This document shows positions 9,883-18,190 of a stretch of DNA of 64,000 nt, piece by piece; position 1 is the stretch's first letter, and the number at the start of each line of letters is the position of its first letter. Under the pieces are notes generated by a model. It was not told where the DNA came from and did not search any database. It saw only the letters and a list, made by a program, of their open reading frames with translations. The position numbers and the translations under genes were made by a program. This DNA comes from Candidatus Methanophagaceae archaeon. GTDB taxonomy: Archaea > Halobacteriota > Syntropharchaeia > Alkanophagales > Methanospirareceae. The stretch covers positions 70,991 to 134,990 of the forward strand of contig PQXC01000001.1 of the NCBI GenBank assembly GCA_003194435.1, read 5' to 3'.

Positions 9883-11325
9883 TTATCTTATTCCCGAGTT
9901 GGCGATGCCAACCAGTTGTAAAGGACCTTTTTTACCTATGATAAGAGAAACGAACAGGGGGGTCGTGAATTCTGACTTATCTCGCCTCTTTGCTATAAGT
10001 GAGCCACGCCAACTTCCTCGCTCCCGTACCAGAGCAGGTATATCATCGCGAGCCCAGAAATCAGACCATGAACGCCCCAGAACCTCCCTGTCTTCATCAT
10101 AGCCCCAGACCTTTAAGAATGCCGGATTCACATACGTGAATTTACCCCCCGGGCTGGTCATGAATATGGGATGCGAAGAGATTTCGATTACGCTCGCCTT
10201 GAGTCGCCATTCCTCTTCAGCTTTTATCTTCGCAATGCCACCTGCGATTGATTCTGAGATACCCTCAAGCAAACTTCTATCAGCATCAGAGAGCGTTTTA
10301 CCCTGCCTGGTGAAGATGAGGAGAGCACCGTGAATCTCGCCTTTCGTCTTCAGAGGGATTGCGTGGAGCTCCTGAAGATTATATTCCTCAGCCATGCGAG
10401 TCATGGTCTCTGTAAGTTCATCCATATCCATACTGGTATTCGTATTCGTATTCGCGTTCAGATCGGAGCAGCAGGAGAACATAAAAGGCTCTTTTCGCTG
10501 GATTGCCTCTCTTGCTATTATTCTCTTGCAATCTTCCACTTCGTCATCACCCTCGCGGGTAGAGTAGCTGGATAATGTCTCCTCAACAGGGTCATAAATC
10601 AATATATCGCCCATATCGAAGCCAATAACATCCTGCAGATTCTTCAGTATCGTGGAGCACAACTGGTCAATTGTATAAGACCTGTTAACCGATTCTCCGA
10701 GCAGACGATGCAGTTCAGAGAGATTCTTTATACGTTCCTCGTTCCTTACTCTATCGGTGACATCGCGGATGATAGCGATGATGGAGAAGGAACCATCGGG
10801 ATTCTCCACCTGTCGCGCTTTTATATTTATGATTCTCCCCTCTTTATCCTCTACCTGCGTTTCTATCTCCTCCACTTTCCCCTCTATTACTTCCCTGATC
10901 CCACTGGTGTCATTATCATTATAGGAGCCAAAGAAAGCGTAGTGGAATTTTTCGCCAACACAATTGCCGTAGAGTGCGACTAAATAATGATTCATGAACA
11001 GGATGTTGTAATCGAAGTCGAGGATCAGAATGCCCTCAGGCATATCAGAGAGTATGCGAGAGAATATCTTCTCAGTATATGTCTTCTCATCCTCACTGAG
11101 ACGGAAGATGTGCTGCAAAGGTGCTTTACTCACGTACCATAACTTCGCTCGCCCTATCTGCTTGTATGAGATACGCCCGTCGGCACGCAACTGATTGAGG
11201 TATTTGGAGAGCGTATGGCGTTCGAGAGGTACTCGCCTGGATATCTCATCCATAGTGGCGCCAATATCCCCTATATCCTGAATGGCTGCGATGATCTTAT
11301 TGAATATCTCCCCCTCCACTTTCAT
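9883..11325 (-). CDS. Winged-HTH / PAS / GAF / PAS sensor-regulator.
   Basis: N-terminal HTH-like 'MDEISRRVPLERHTLSKYLNQLRADGRISYK'. Repeated PAS-like blocks and a GAF-like middle region. Probably first gene of a 3-gene operon with the CheY and the kinase. Confidence 0.6.
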   Translation of the reverse strand: MKVEGEIFNKIIAAIQDIGDIGATMDEISRRVPLERHTLSKYLNQLRADGRISYKQIGRAKLWYVSKAPLQHIFRLSEDEKTYTEKIFSRILSDMPEGILILDFDYNILFMNHYLVALYGNCVGEKFHYAFFGSYNDNDTSGIREVIEGKVEEIETQVEDKEGRIINIKARQVENPDGSFSIIAIIRDVTDRVRNEERIKNLSELHRLLGESVNRSYTIDQLCSTILKNLQDVIGFDMGDILIYDPVEETLSSYSTREGDDEVEDCKRIIAREAIQRKEPFMFSCCSDLNANTNTNTSMDMDELTETMTRMAEEYNLQELHAIPLKTKGEIHGALLIFTRQGKTLSDADRSLLEGISESIAGGIAKIKAEEEWRLKASVIEISSHPIFMTSPGGKFTYVNPAFLKVWGYDEDREVLGRSWSDFWARDDIPALVRERGSWRGSLIAKRRDKSEFTTPLFVSLIIGKKGPLQLVGIANSGIR

Positions 11326-11398
11326 GTCATGAAAAAATAAGAAGAGGCATCACATAAAAAGATATTGTTCGGTATCCATTAATGGTAATATCATGAAT

Positions 11399-11422
11399 AC
11401 AAAAAGCTCTACAAAAAGCTCT
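11399..11422. promoter_or_regulatory. Perfect tandem 12-mer 'ACAAAAAGCTCT' x2 in an AT-rich intergenic region upstream of the sensor-regulator operon. Candidate operator or promoter element.
   Basis: Seen directly at 11399-11422, ~75 nt upstream of the 11325 start codon and 40 nt downstream of the PolX stop. Confidence 0.25.
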
Positions 11423-11463
11423 ATTAACAAATAATTCTCTTACTATATCTTACATCTTATATT

Positions 11464-13188
11464 TTATCTTCTATCTTTTAGCATCTTCATCATCTCCTCT
11501 AACCCTCTCGTATTCACCACATCCTTCGCCTCCAGCCACCCACGCCGTGCAGTCGCCACACCATACTTTATCACATCCCGCATCTGCATCGCGTCATGGG
11601 CGTCCGTAGAGATCGCTATGGGAACACCATAATCCTTCGCCATCCTGCAATGGACATCATTCAAATCCAACCTCTCGGGGAAAGAATTCAACTCCATGAC
11701 CGTGCCCGTATCATGTGCCACTTCCATCAATCGTTCCATATCCACCTCGTATGGCTCCCTCTTGCCCAGCACACGACCCGTTGGATGCGCTATTATATCC
11801 ACATGCGGGTTCTCCATCGCCGTTATTATCCTCTTTGTCATCGTATCCTTATCCTGTGTGAACTTCGAATGTACCGCAGCAACGACCACATCCAGCTCCT
11901 TCAATATCTCATCGGGGAAGTCAAGCGAGAAATCCGACTTTATATCCACCTCCGTAGAAGACAGAACCCTGAAATTGTCAAATGTCGCATTCACTCGTTC
12001 TATCTCCTGCTGCCGCATCCTTAGTTTATCCTCGTTCATACCACCCGCAATGCCAACCGCGGGAGAGTGGTCAGCCACGGCGATATACTCATAGCCAAGC
12101 GCAATAGCAGTCTTCGCCATCTCCTCTATGCTGTTCTTTCCGTCACTCCATTTGGTATGCACGTGCAAATCGCCCCTCAAATCGCTCAGTTCTATCAACT
12201 TCGGTATCCGATTCTCCTTTGCCGCTTCCACTTCGCCACGGTCTTCCCTCAGCTCAGGCGGTATATATGCAAGACCAACACTTTTGAATACATCCTCCTC
12301 ATTCTCACCGCCTATCCGCTCTTCACCGCGAAAGATACCATATTCGTTTATCTTTAAGCCCCGCTTCACACCAAGCTCCCGTATCCTTATATTATGGTGC
12401 TTGGAGCCCGTGAAATAATGGACAGCAGCGCCAAATGACGCTGATTCCACCACTCGCAGGTCCACATCCATACCTTTCAGCACGATTGACGACTTCGTAT
12501 CTCCTTTTGCTATCACATCCTCCACACCCTCCAGGCTGGTAAACGCATCCATCACCTCCGACGGACGCTTCGAGACCACTAATATGTCTATATCACCTAT
12601 TGTCTCACGCATTCTGCGTAAACTGCCGGCAATTGTGATTCGCTCCACCGCATCCAGCTTCTTCAACTCCTTCACTATCGATTCCGCGTATGGAAGCGCC
12701 TTTGACAACAATACACGACCCTGATAACGGCGATATTGCTCTATACCCTTGAGTATGTTCTCTTCCACTTTGCGACCCAGTCCGGGTATCACACCGAGTT
12801 TGTGCGCCTTCGCCGCCGCTTCCAGCTCCTCTATGTTCGTTATTCCGAGCTCTTCATGCAGCTTCGCTATCGTCTTAGGACCCACACCCGGAATCTTCAG
12901 GAGTTCAAGCATGCCGGCTGGTACCTCTTGCTTCAGTTCCCTGTGCTTCTTGCAATCACCGGTCTGTGCGATCTCCACTATCTTCTTCGCTATGCCCTCG
13001 CCAATACCCGGTATCTTCTTTAATTCACTCACACCACCACGTTCCGCAATAACCTTCAGGTCCTGTGTTAACGTCTCTATTGTGCGAGCTGCTCGCCTGT
13101 ATGCCCTTATGCGGAACGGATTCTCACCTTTAATCTCCAGTATGGATGCAATCTCATCAAAGATACGCGCTATATCCAGGTTCACCAT
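11464..13188 (-). CDS. polX: Family X DNA polymerase (PolX) with a C-terminal PHP phosphoesterase domain.
   Basis: HhH motifs 'IPGIGEGIAKKI', 'IPGVGPKTIAKL'. Nucleotidyltransferase 'GSLRRMRETIGDIDILV'. PHP 'DLHVHTKWSDG...VADHS'. The internal Met 'MVNLDIARIF' was chosen as start to avoid overlap with the upstream gene. Confidence 0.85.
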   Translation of the reverse strand: MVNLDIARIFDEIASILEIKGENPFRIRAYRRAARTIETLTQDLKVIAERGGVSELKKIPGIGEGIAKKIVEIAQTGDCKKHRELKQEVPAGMLELLKIPGVGPKTIAKLHEELGITNIEELEAAAKAHKLGVIPGLGRKVEENILKGIEQYRRYQGRVLLSKALPYAESIVKELKKLDAVERITIAGSLRRMRETIGDIDILVVSKRPSEVMDAFTSLEGVEDVIAKGDTKSSIVLKGMDVDLRVVESASFGAAVHYFTGSKHHNIRIRELGVKRGLKINEYGIFRGEERIGGENEEDVFKSVGLAYIPPELREDRGEVEAAKENRIPKLIELSDLRGDLHVHTKWSDGKNSIEEMAKTAIALGYEYIAVADHSPAVGIAGGMNEDKLRMRQQEIERVNATFDNFRVLSSTEVDIKSDFSLDFPDEILKELDVVVAAVHSKFTQDKDTMTKRIITAMENPHVDIIAHPTGRVLGKREPYEVDMERLMEVAHDTGTVMELNSFPERLDLNDVHCRMAKDYGVPIAISTDAHDAMQMRDVIKYGVATARRGWLEAKDVVNTRGLEEMMKMLKDRR

Positions 13189-13207
13189 CTCATCTGATTC
13201 ATCACGG

Positions 13208-15070
13208 TTATCTCGGTTTCCATCTCTTATCACCGGGTTTTCTATATACTGACTTCAATGGCTCCTCGCGGGTTTCCGGATATTTCAATCTCCCGCCTTT
13301 GAACTTGAAATCGGGCGGTTTCCGCTCCGTCTCTATTAAATCTTTCGTCCTGCCCGCTATCCTGGCTTCTATGTCTTCCGCTTCCTTCTCCACTGCGCTC
13401 TTCGCTATATGCAGGTCGTCTATCTTTATCATCCCCGTTGCTGCTTCCGTTGCTGATATAAAAGCCTGTAGCTTCACACTGAGCGGCTCTATTATTCCCA
13501 CCTGGAACATATCCCTTATGCTCTTATCACGACCCGAGATACCAGCGTTCATATTACCACTGAAATGCTCCGCCCTGAGCCTCGTCAGTGTGTCTATCTG
13601 GTCCATGCCACAGTTCTTCGCTATCGCCCTCGGAATCGTCTCCAGCGCATCTGCGAACGCATCTACCACCAATTGCTCCTTACTCGGTATCCCCCGTGCA
13701 AACTTCCTCAGCCGATGGGCTGATTCAACTTCTACTGCTGCTCCGCCTGGTACCACTCTATTATCCTCGAATAATTGCGCAACTGCGTGTAAAGCGCTTT
13801 TTAGCTCCCCCACTATGCTCTCCAGAACCCTGAGTGAGGTACCCCTTATAACAATCGTTGCAGACTCTTTGCGTGGGCAGTTCTCAAAGAATACGTATTT
13901 GTCCCCTCCTATCTCTCGCTGCGACACTCTACCCGCATAGCCAAACTTGTCCGGGCTTAAGTCACTTACATCCTTAACTATCTTGGCACCCGTAGCGCGT
14001 TCAAGCCGCTCAAGATCAGTTAATTTTACACGCTTTATCAGCATTATTCCCGCATCACGGAACTTCGGCAGTGCATCAGCGTCCACACCCCATCGGCAAC
14101 ATATCACGTTTGCACCGCACTTCACTATCGGGTCTATAAGCTCATCAAAGAGTTTCGCTCTTGTGTCATGGAACTCACGGAGATGCGACGGCTTTGAGAT
14201 TTTCACATGGAAATCGAGTGCACCTAATGTCTCTCCTGCTTTACTTCGCTCTCGGGCAGGCATACCGGTGGGTAACTCTTTCCTGCCTTTTATCTTCGGC
14301 TCCGGGTGCTCAATCGGGAAGTCAAGGAGCGCTATCTTAGCATCTCTCACATCGCTCGGTAGAGCATCCAGTACTTCGCGGTCCACAACTACGCCCTCAA
14401 AGAACCGTGTCTCATTTACTTTGCCACCGCTCTTTGCCTCTATTGCAATATCATCCACATCTATATGCCTGTTCTCGCTCTCGCTTTTGCTTTTGCTCAA
14501 TCGCCTGATGCTCTCTACCACCACATCTGCCAGTATATCCTCGTCACAAAACTCACCCTTCTTAAGCGCGGTCTTTGCTACACGGTGCAGGATCTCAGTG
14601 CCAGCCTCGTCTCTTATATCCACCGTGGTTGCCATCTCCTTCAATGTCTCTTTCACAAATCCAAGTGCACGCTCATAGCCGTCCACCACGATATTTTGAT
14701 GCACCCCCGCTTTCCGTAGCTCGTATCCCCTCCTCACCAGCTCCCCTATCAGAATCATCACCGTGGCTATACCATCACCCACCCGTTCGCCCTGCGTCAG
14801 CCCGGCAGTAATCAATATATCAGCGGTTGGATGTGTGTACCTCAGCTCCTTTATCAGGCTGTAAGCATTACTTGATATAAGGTCTGCAGCTTCTACCTTC
14901 GTTGCTCCCTGGGTTATCAATATCTTGGACCCAAAGGGACCGATTACCGGCTTGAACATATCGGAGAAAGCCGCGCAAACCATCATATTCGTCTCCTGAA
15001 TCTCCTCCGGCGGCACTTCCCCTGGCGGTAACTCATCCTTTATCATCTCTATCCTATCACCATTAACCAA
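13208..15070 (-). CDS. Divergent group II chaperonin (thermosome/CCT family) paralog with an extra basic C-terminal tail.
   Basis: 'VIGPFGSKILI' (vs LGPKGMDKMLV). 'GDGIATVMILIGELV' (vs GDGTTTAVVIAGELL). 'VVPGGAAVE' (vs VVPGGGAVE). 620 aa, ending 'KFKGGRLKYPETREEPLKSVYRKPGDKRWKPR' rather than a GGM tail. Confidence 0.7.
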   Translation of the reverse strand: MVNGDRIEMIKDELPPGEVPPEEIQETNMMVCAAFSDMFKPVIGPFGSKILITQGATKVEAADLISSNAYSLIKELRYTHPTADILITAGLTQGERVGDGIATVMILIGELVRRGYELRKAGVHQNIVVDGYERALGFVKETLKEMATTVDIRDEAGTEILHRVAKTALKKGEFCDEDILADVVVESIRRLSKSKSESENRHIDVDDIAIEAKSGGKVNETRFFEGVVVDREVLDALPSDVRDAKIALLDFPIEHPEPKIKGRKELPTGMPARERSKAGETLGALDFHVKISKPSHLREFHDTRAKLFDELIDPIVKCGANVICCRWGVDADALPKFRDAGIMLIKRVKLTDLERLERATGAKIVKDVSDLSPDKFGYAGRVSQREIGGDKYVFFENCPRKESATIVIRGTSLRVLESIVGELKSALHAVAQLFEDNRVVPGGAAVEVESAHRLRKFARGIPSKEQLVVDAFADALETIPRAIAKNCGMDQIDTLTRLRAEHFSGNMNAGISGRDKSIRDMFQVGIIEPLSVKLQAFISATEAATGMIKIDDLHIAKSAVEKEAEDIEARIAGRTKDLIETERKPPDFKFKGGRLKYPETREEPLKSVYRKPGDKRWKPR

Positions 15071-15158
15071 TAAGAGCTGGTATTAAATAACTTTTAACGT
15101 AAGCGGTAAGAAATCCATTTTGCTATCCATAAAATAAATATAAAGAAAAAGAAATGAA

Positions 15159-15821
15159 ATGCTTTACTTTTCTTCACATATCAGTGAGCATAGTGAAGAT
15201 AAATTGAAAGAAATCTTTAGCATAGGCGTGCCCTTTTATACACATTTTCGTGCTAATGTAAATAAAACGATGAGAATAACGAGAAGAATAAGAAGAATAA
15301 GAAGAATAGATATAAAGAAAATAGAAAGATGGGAGCTCGTACATTCGATACTCTTTGGCACCGGGATTCTAACATTTGGATTCTTTGACGGGTTTACAGC
15401 CATGTTGATGATGGAGAAGTATGGTATAAGTGTGGAATCAAATCCATTGTGGCGGGGGATTATGTATAGCCATGGACCTGTAGTTTTTCTTCTATTCAAG
15501 CTATTCGCGGCGGTAATGGTGTTCTCAGTACCCTTCTTCTTATATAGACAGGGGGAACAGCACTGGATGACCGCGGGTTTCATGTCGGTCTTTATGATTG
15601 GTGGGATACTGGGGGCAATAGATAACTATTTGTATCTGAGGAACGGGGTTGTATATCTGCAACCAGAGATTGTATTGGCTATGGTACTGGTAATGACGCT
15701 GATAGCATTGCATATCGGGGATATACTGGACTCAAATATGGAGAGAGAGAAACTATTCAAGATTTCTGATAAGAGATGGGCTGAGCTGAAGAGTGAAATC
15801 GGCTATCCAGGTAATTTTTAA
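15159..15821 (+). CDS. Hypothetical integral membrane protein (4-5 TM). True start may be the internal Met at ~15267.
   Basis: Hydrophobic segments 'ILFGTGILTFGFF', 'VVFLLFKLFAAVMVFSVPFF', 'FMSVFMIGGILGAI', 'IVLAMVLVMTLIALHI'. Basic 'RRIRRIRRI' stretch near the N-terminus. Confidence 0.4.
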   Translation: MLYFSSHISEHSEDKLKEIFSIGVPFYTHFRANVNKTMRITRRIRRIRRIDIKKIERWELVHSILFGTGILTFGFFDGFTAMLMMEKYGISVESNPLWRGIMYSHGPVVFLLFKLFAAVMVFSVPFFLYRQGEQHWMTAGFMSVFMIGGILGAIDNYLYLRNGVVYLQPEIVLAMVLVMTLIALHIGDILDSNMEREKLFKISDKRWAELKSEIGYPGNF

Positions 15822-15869
15822 ATTATAAATAGTGCCATATGACCCATACTATATCTATCATCCCTATAC

Positions 15870-16658
15870 TTAATTAACATTCTCTTTCTCACCACCTCCG
15901 CCTTCGTATAGTTCCTCGATCAAATCAGCGTACTCCACAACCAGCGATTTACTAAGCTGCGTTATGAATGAAGTCTCTTCTACCGACAATCCTTTCTTAA
16001 GGCAGAATCGCACACGGTCGAAATCGCCGAGATATCTATCGACGGCGCTGGGACTGTGATGAGTTTCCCTTGCGATGTCCGGCGTAGCTTTTTTAGCCCG
16101 GAGCGATTTTTCACAGATGATCTTTTTATGCGTTGTGCTTCTACCCAGGTCATGTACGGTGCCCCTGCGTGGCAGCACCACGTTGTTCTCACGTTCGTAT
16201 TCAGTGATATTCTCGTGAATAGTCATGTTGGAGCACGAGAGGATGAGTGATAGGTCAGTCTCAGCCAGCGTTCCACCTTGCTTGTCCGCTTCACGTAGCA
16301 TCCTTGCAATAGCACTCTTTCGAATCTCCTTCTGTGGAACGCTCTCCGCCCTCTTCTTGATGTCTTCATAAGTGACCGCCGATAGGACAACGGGACGCAA
16401 TCGGAGATTCTTCATGCACTTCCCATACCCTCCTTTCTCCTCTTTTGCCACTGCGAACCAGAGCATCTGCCCCATTCTGAGATTCGTTATCGGTGGATAG
16501 TACTGCTCAACGATGGACTTCAGTTCCTTGACCAGCAGTCCGATGACCTTCGGTCCGCCCAACTTCGGGAATTCAGCCGATATGAAGCTGGATACCGCGG
16601 TTTCAAACGTTTTATCCAGCAGCGGTGCATAGATGCTCTGCCGTGTATTCATGCTCAA
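15870..16658 (-). CDS. DUF1670-like HTH-containing protein (paralog 1 of a tandem pair).
   Basis: 262 aa. HTH-like 'GGTLAETDLSLILSCSNMTIHENI'. C-terminal block 'HSPSAVDRYLGDFDRVRFCLKKGLSVEETSFITQLS' parallels the upstream paralog. 4-nt overlap with it. Confidence 0.45.
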   Translation of the reverse strand: MSMNTRQSIYAPLLDKTFETAVSSFISAEFPKLGGPKVIGLLVKELKSIVEQYYPPITNLRMGQMLWFAVAKEEKGGYGKCMKNLRLRPVVLSAVTYEDIKKRAESVPQKEIRKSAIARMLREADKQGGTLAETDLSLILSCSNMTIHENITEYERENNVVLPRRGTVHDLGRSTTHKKIICEKSLRAKKATPDIARETHHSPSAVDRYLGDFDRVRFCLKKGLSVEETSFITQLSKSLVVEYADLIEELYEGGGGEKENVN

Positions 16659-17482
16659 TTTGTCGCCCCCCTTTTACACGGCTCACGATCCACGGAGTTC
16701 AACGCCAGTATCTCGTCTAATCGGTCTTTGTACGCCCGGTCACCTTTGTATTTGCGGTATAACGCCTGGTAATCACGTGTCAATCGCTCTGAGACCTGGA
16801 CGAGAAAAGCGATTTCTTTCGTTGTGTATCCCTTTTCTGTAAGATACGCAACACGGGAGAAAGTCAGGATATAGCGCTTGATCGCCGTTAAAGAGTGTTT
16901 CAGTCTCCTTTCAATCTCAGTGTAGGTTCTTCGCTCCATGAAAAGCCTGACGGCTTCTACCTTGTGTGATACGCCTGGACCGATGTCTTTTTGCTGCCCT
17001 CGTGTTGGAACGATCACGCCGCGCTTTGCAAGTGCCTTAATGTCTCGCCTTACCGTTCTGACACCGCAATTCAAGAGCTTTGCTGCAATGTCCTCCTGTG
17101 TGAGCGAGACTCCCTGGTCCCAAGCTTCATGTGCAACTCTGGCGAGCCTTGCCTGACGAAGAGCAGCAAGCCCATACTTACTCCGGATTTCTTCATCTTC
17201 TTTCCCTGCATCGAGCGTTACCACCGCCGTTTTCATCTCACACTTGGCTAATGGCTTCCCTGCAGGTTCTGATGCGGCAATTCCCAGAACCTTCAACTGC
17301 CCCACATTCATCACGGTCGGATTGCTCTGTTCTGGTATGAATACCGATTTCGCTGTCTCTAATATGGCGTTGGATACGAACGGTGGGCATTCGTATCCCT
17401 GTTCCACCATATTGACGAACATCTGGTCGAGCGTTTTTGCATTTAACCTCTCAGATGCACTTCTATTCTTATCCCCTTTCAT
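16655..17482 (-). CDS. DUF1670-like HTH-containing protein (paralog 2).
   Basis: 275 aa. HTH-like 'LTQEDIAAKLLNCGVRTVRRDIKALAKRG'. C-terminal 'HSLTAIKRYILTFSRVAYLTEKGYTTKEIAFLVQVS' is collinear with paralog 1. Confidence 0.45.
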   Translation of the reverse strand: MKGDKNRSASERLNAKTLDQMFVNMVEQGYECPPFVSNAILETAKSVFIPEQSNPTVMNVGQLKVLGIAASEPAGKPLAKCEMKTAVVTLDAGKEDEEIRSKYGLAALRQARLARVAHEAWDQGVSLTQEDIAAKLLNCGVRTVRRDIKALAKRGVIVPTRGQQKDIGPGVSHKVEAVRLFMERRTYTEIERRLKHSLTAIKRYILTFSRVAYLTEKGYTTKEIAFLVQVSERLTRDYQALYRKYKGDRAYKDRLDEILALNSVDREPCKRGATN

Positions 17483-17597
17483 TCATTTTGCCTCCTCTCA
17501 ATTCGAAATGCCTCTTTATATCGTGTTTCTATATGTGCTATGTAGAGGAGGTCATATGACCTAATAGTAAATTCATGATAGTGTCCCTAAATCTCTT

Positions 17598-18190
17598 GTG
17601 ATTCAAAACGATGGAACAGTTATATTCAAAGAAGGCAATAAGTCACTTGGGATACTGGTCTTTTTCGCACTGCTGGCTATTTTTGCACCCCTCGTCGCAC
17701 CATACGACCCGCATCAGATGTATAAGCCTTTAGAGCATCCAAATTCTGCTCATTTGCTTGGCACGAATGATATAGGTCAGGATTATTGAGTATATTGAGC
17801 GAACTTATATATGGTTCAAAGGTCTCCTTATTCATCGCCTTTTTCGTATCGCTCGTCTCGCTCTTATAGAGACAGCGCTCGGTCTTCTTTCGGGCTACTT
17901 TGAATGGGTTGGTTTTTTATCATGAGGATTGTAGATGCAGTATTCATCCGACCAGGGACCAGGCATCAGGAATCTCATATTTATATTCATATTATTTGGA
18001 TGGCCATTCACTGCCCGCATTATACGCTCAGAGGTGCTATCACTCAGAAATTTCATATCAGACTTGTGAAAATGGTGGATGCTTCCGCCGCGCCGGGATT
18101 GTGCATTACGTTCACGATACTTTCGCTTACGTTCATATGGCACTATCACTTTTTTATCAAAACGTCCACCCACTTAACCATCTCAAACTT
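17598..18190 (+). pseudogene. Decayed ABC oligopeptide/nickel permease gene (DppC/OppC/NikC family), frameshifted and truncated.
   Basis: Frame A gives 'PYDP...HLLGTNDIGQDY*'. The next frame continues 'SILSELIYGSKVSLFIAFFVSLVSLL*'. Another frame gives 'LFGWPFTARIIRSEVLSLRNF'. These match successive DppC blocks (LGTDxLGRD; RLLYGARISL; AWPxYVRLVRGxxLSL) across at least 3 frames with stops. The 3' end is overlapped by the convergent 18157-20034 gene. Confidence 0.6.

Noticed and set aside
12749-14678. Plus-strand ORFs of 167-264 aa (12749-13252, 13146-13940, 13947-14678)
   Set aside because: Antisense to PolX and the chaperonin gene. Ser/Ala-rich composition typical of antisense frames.
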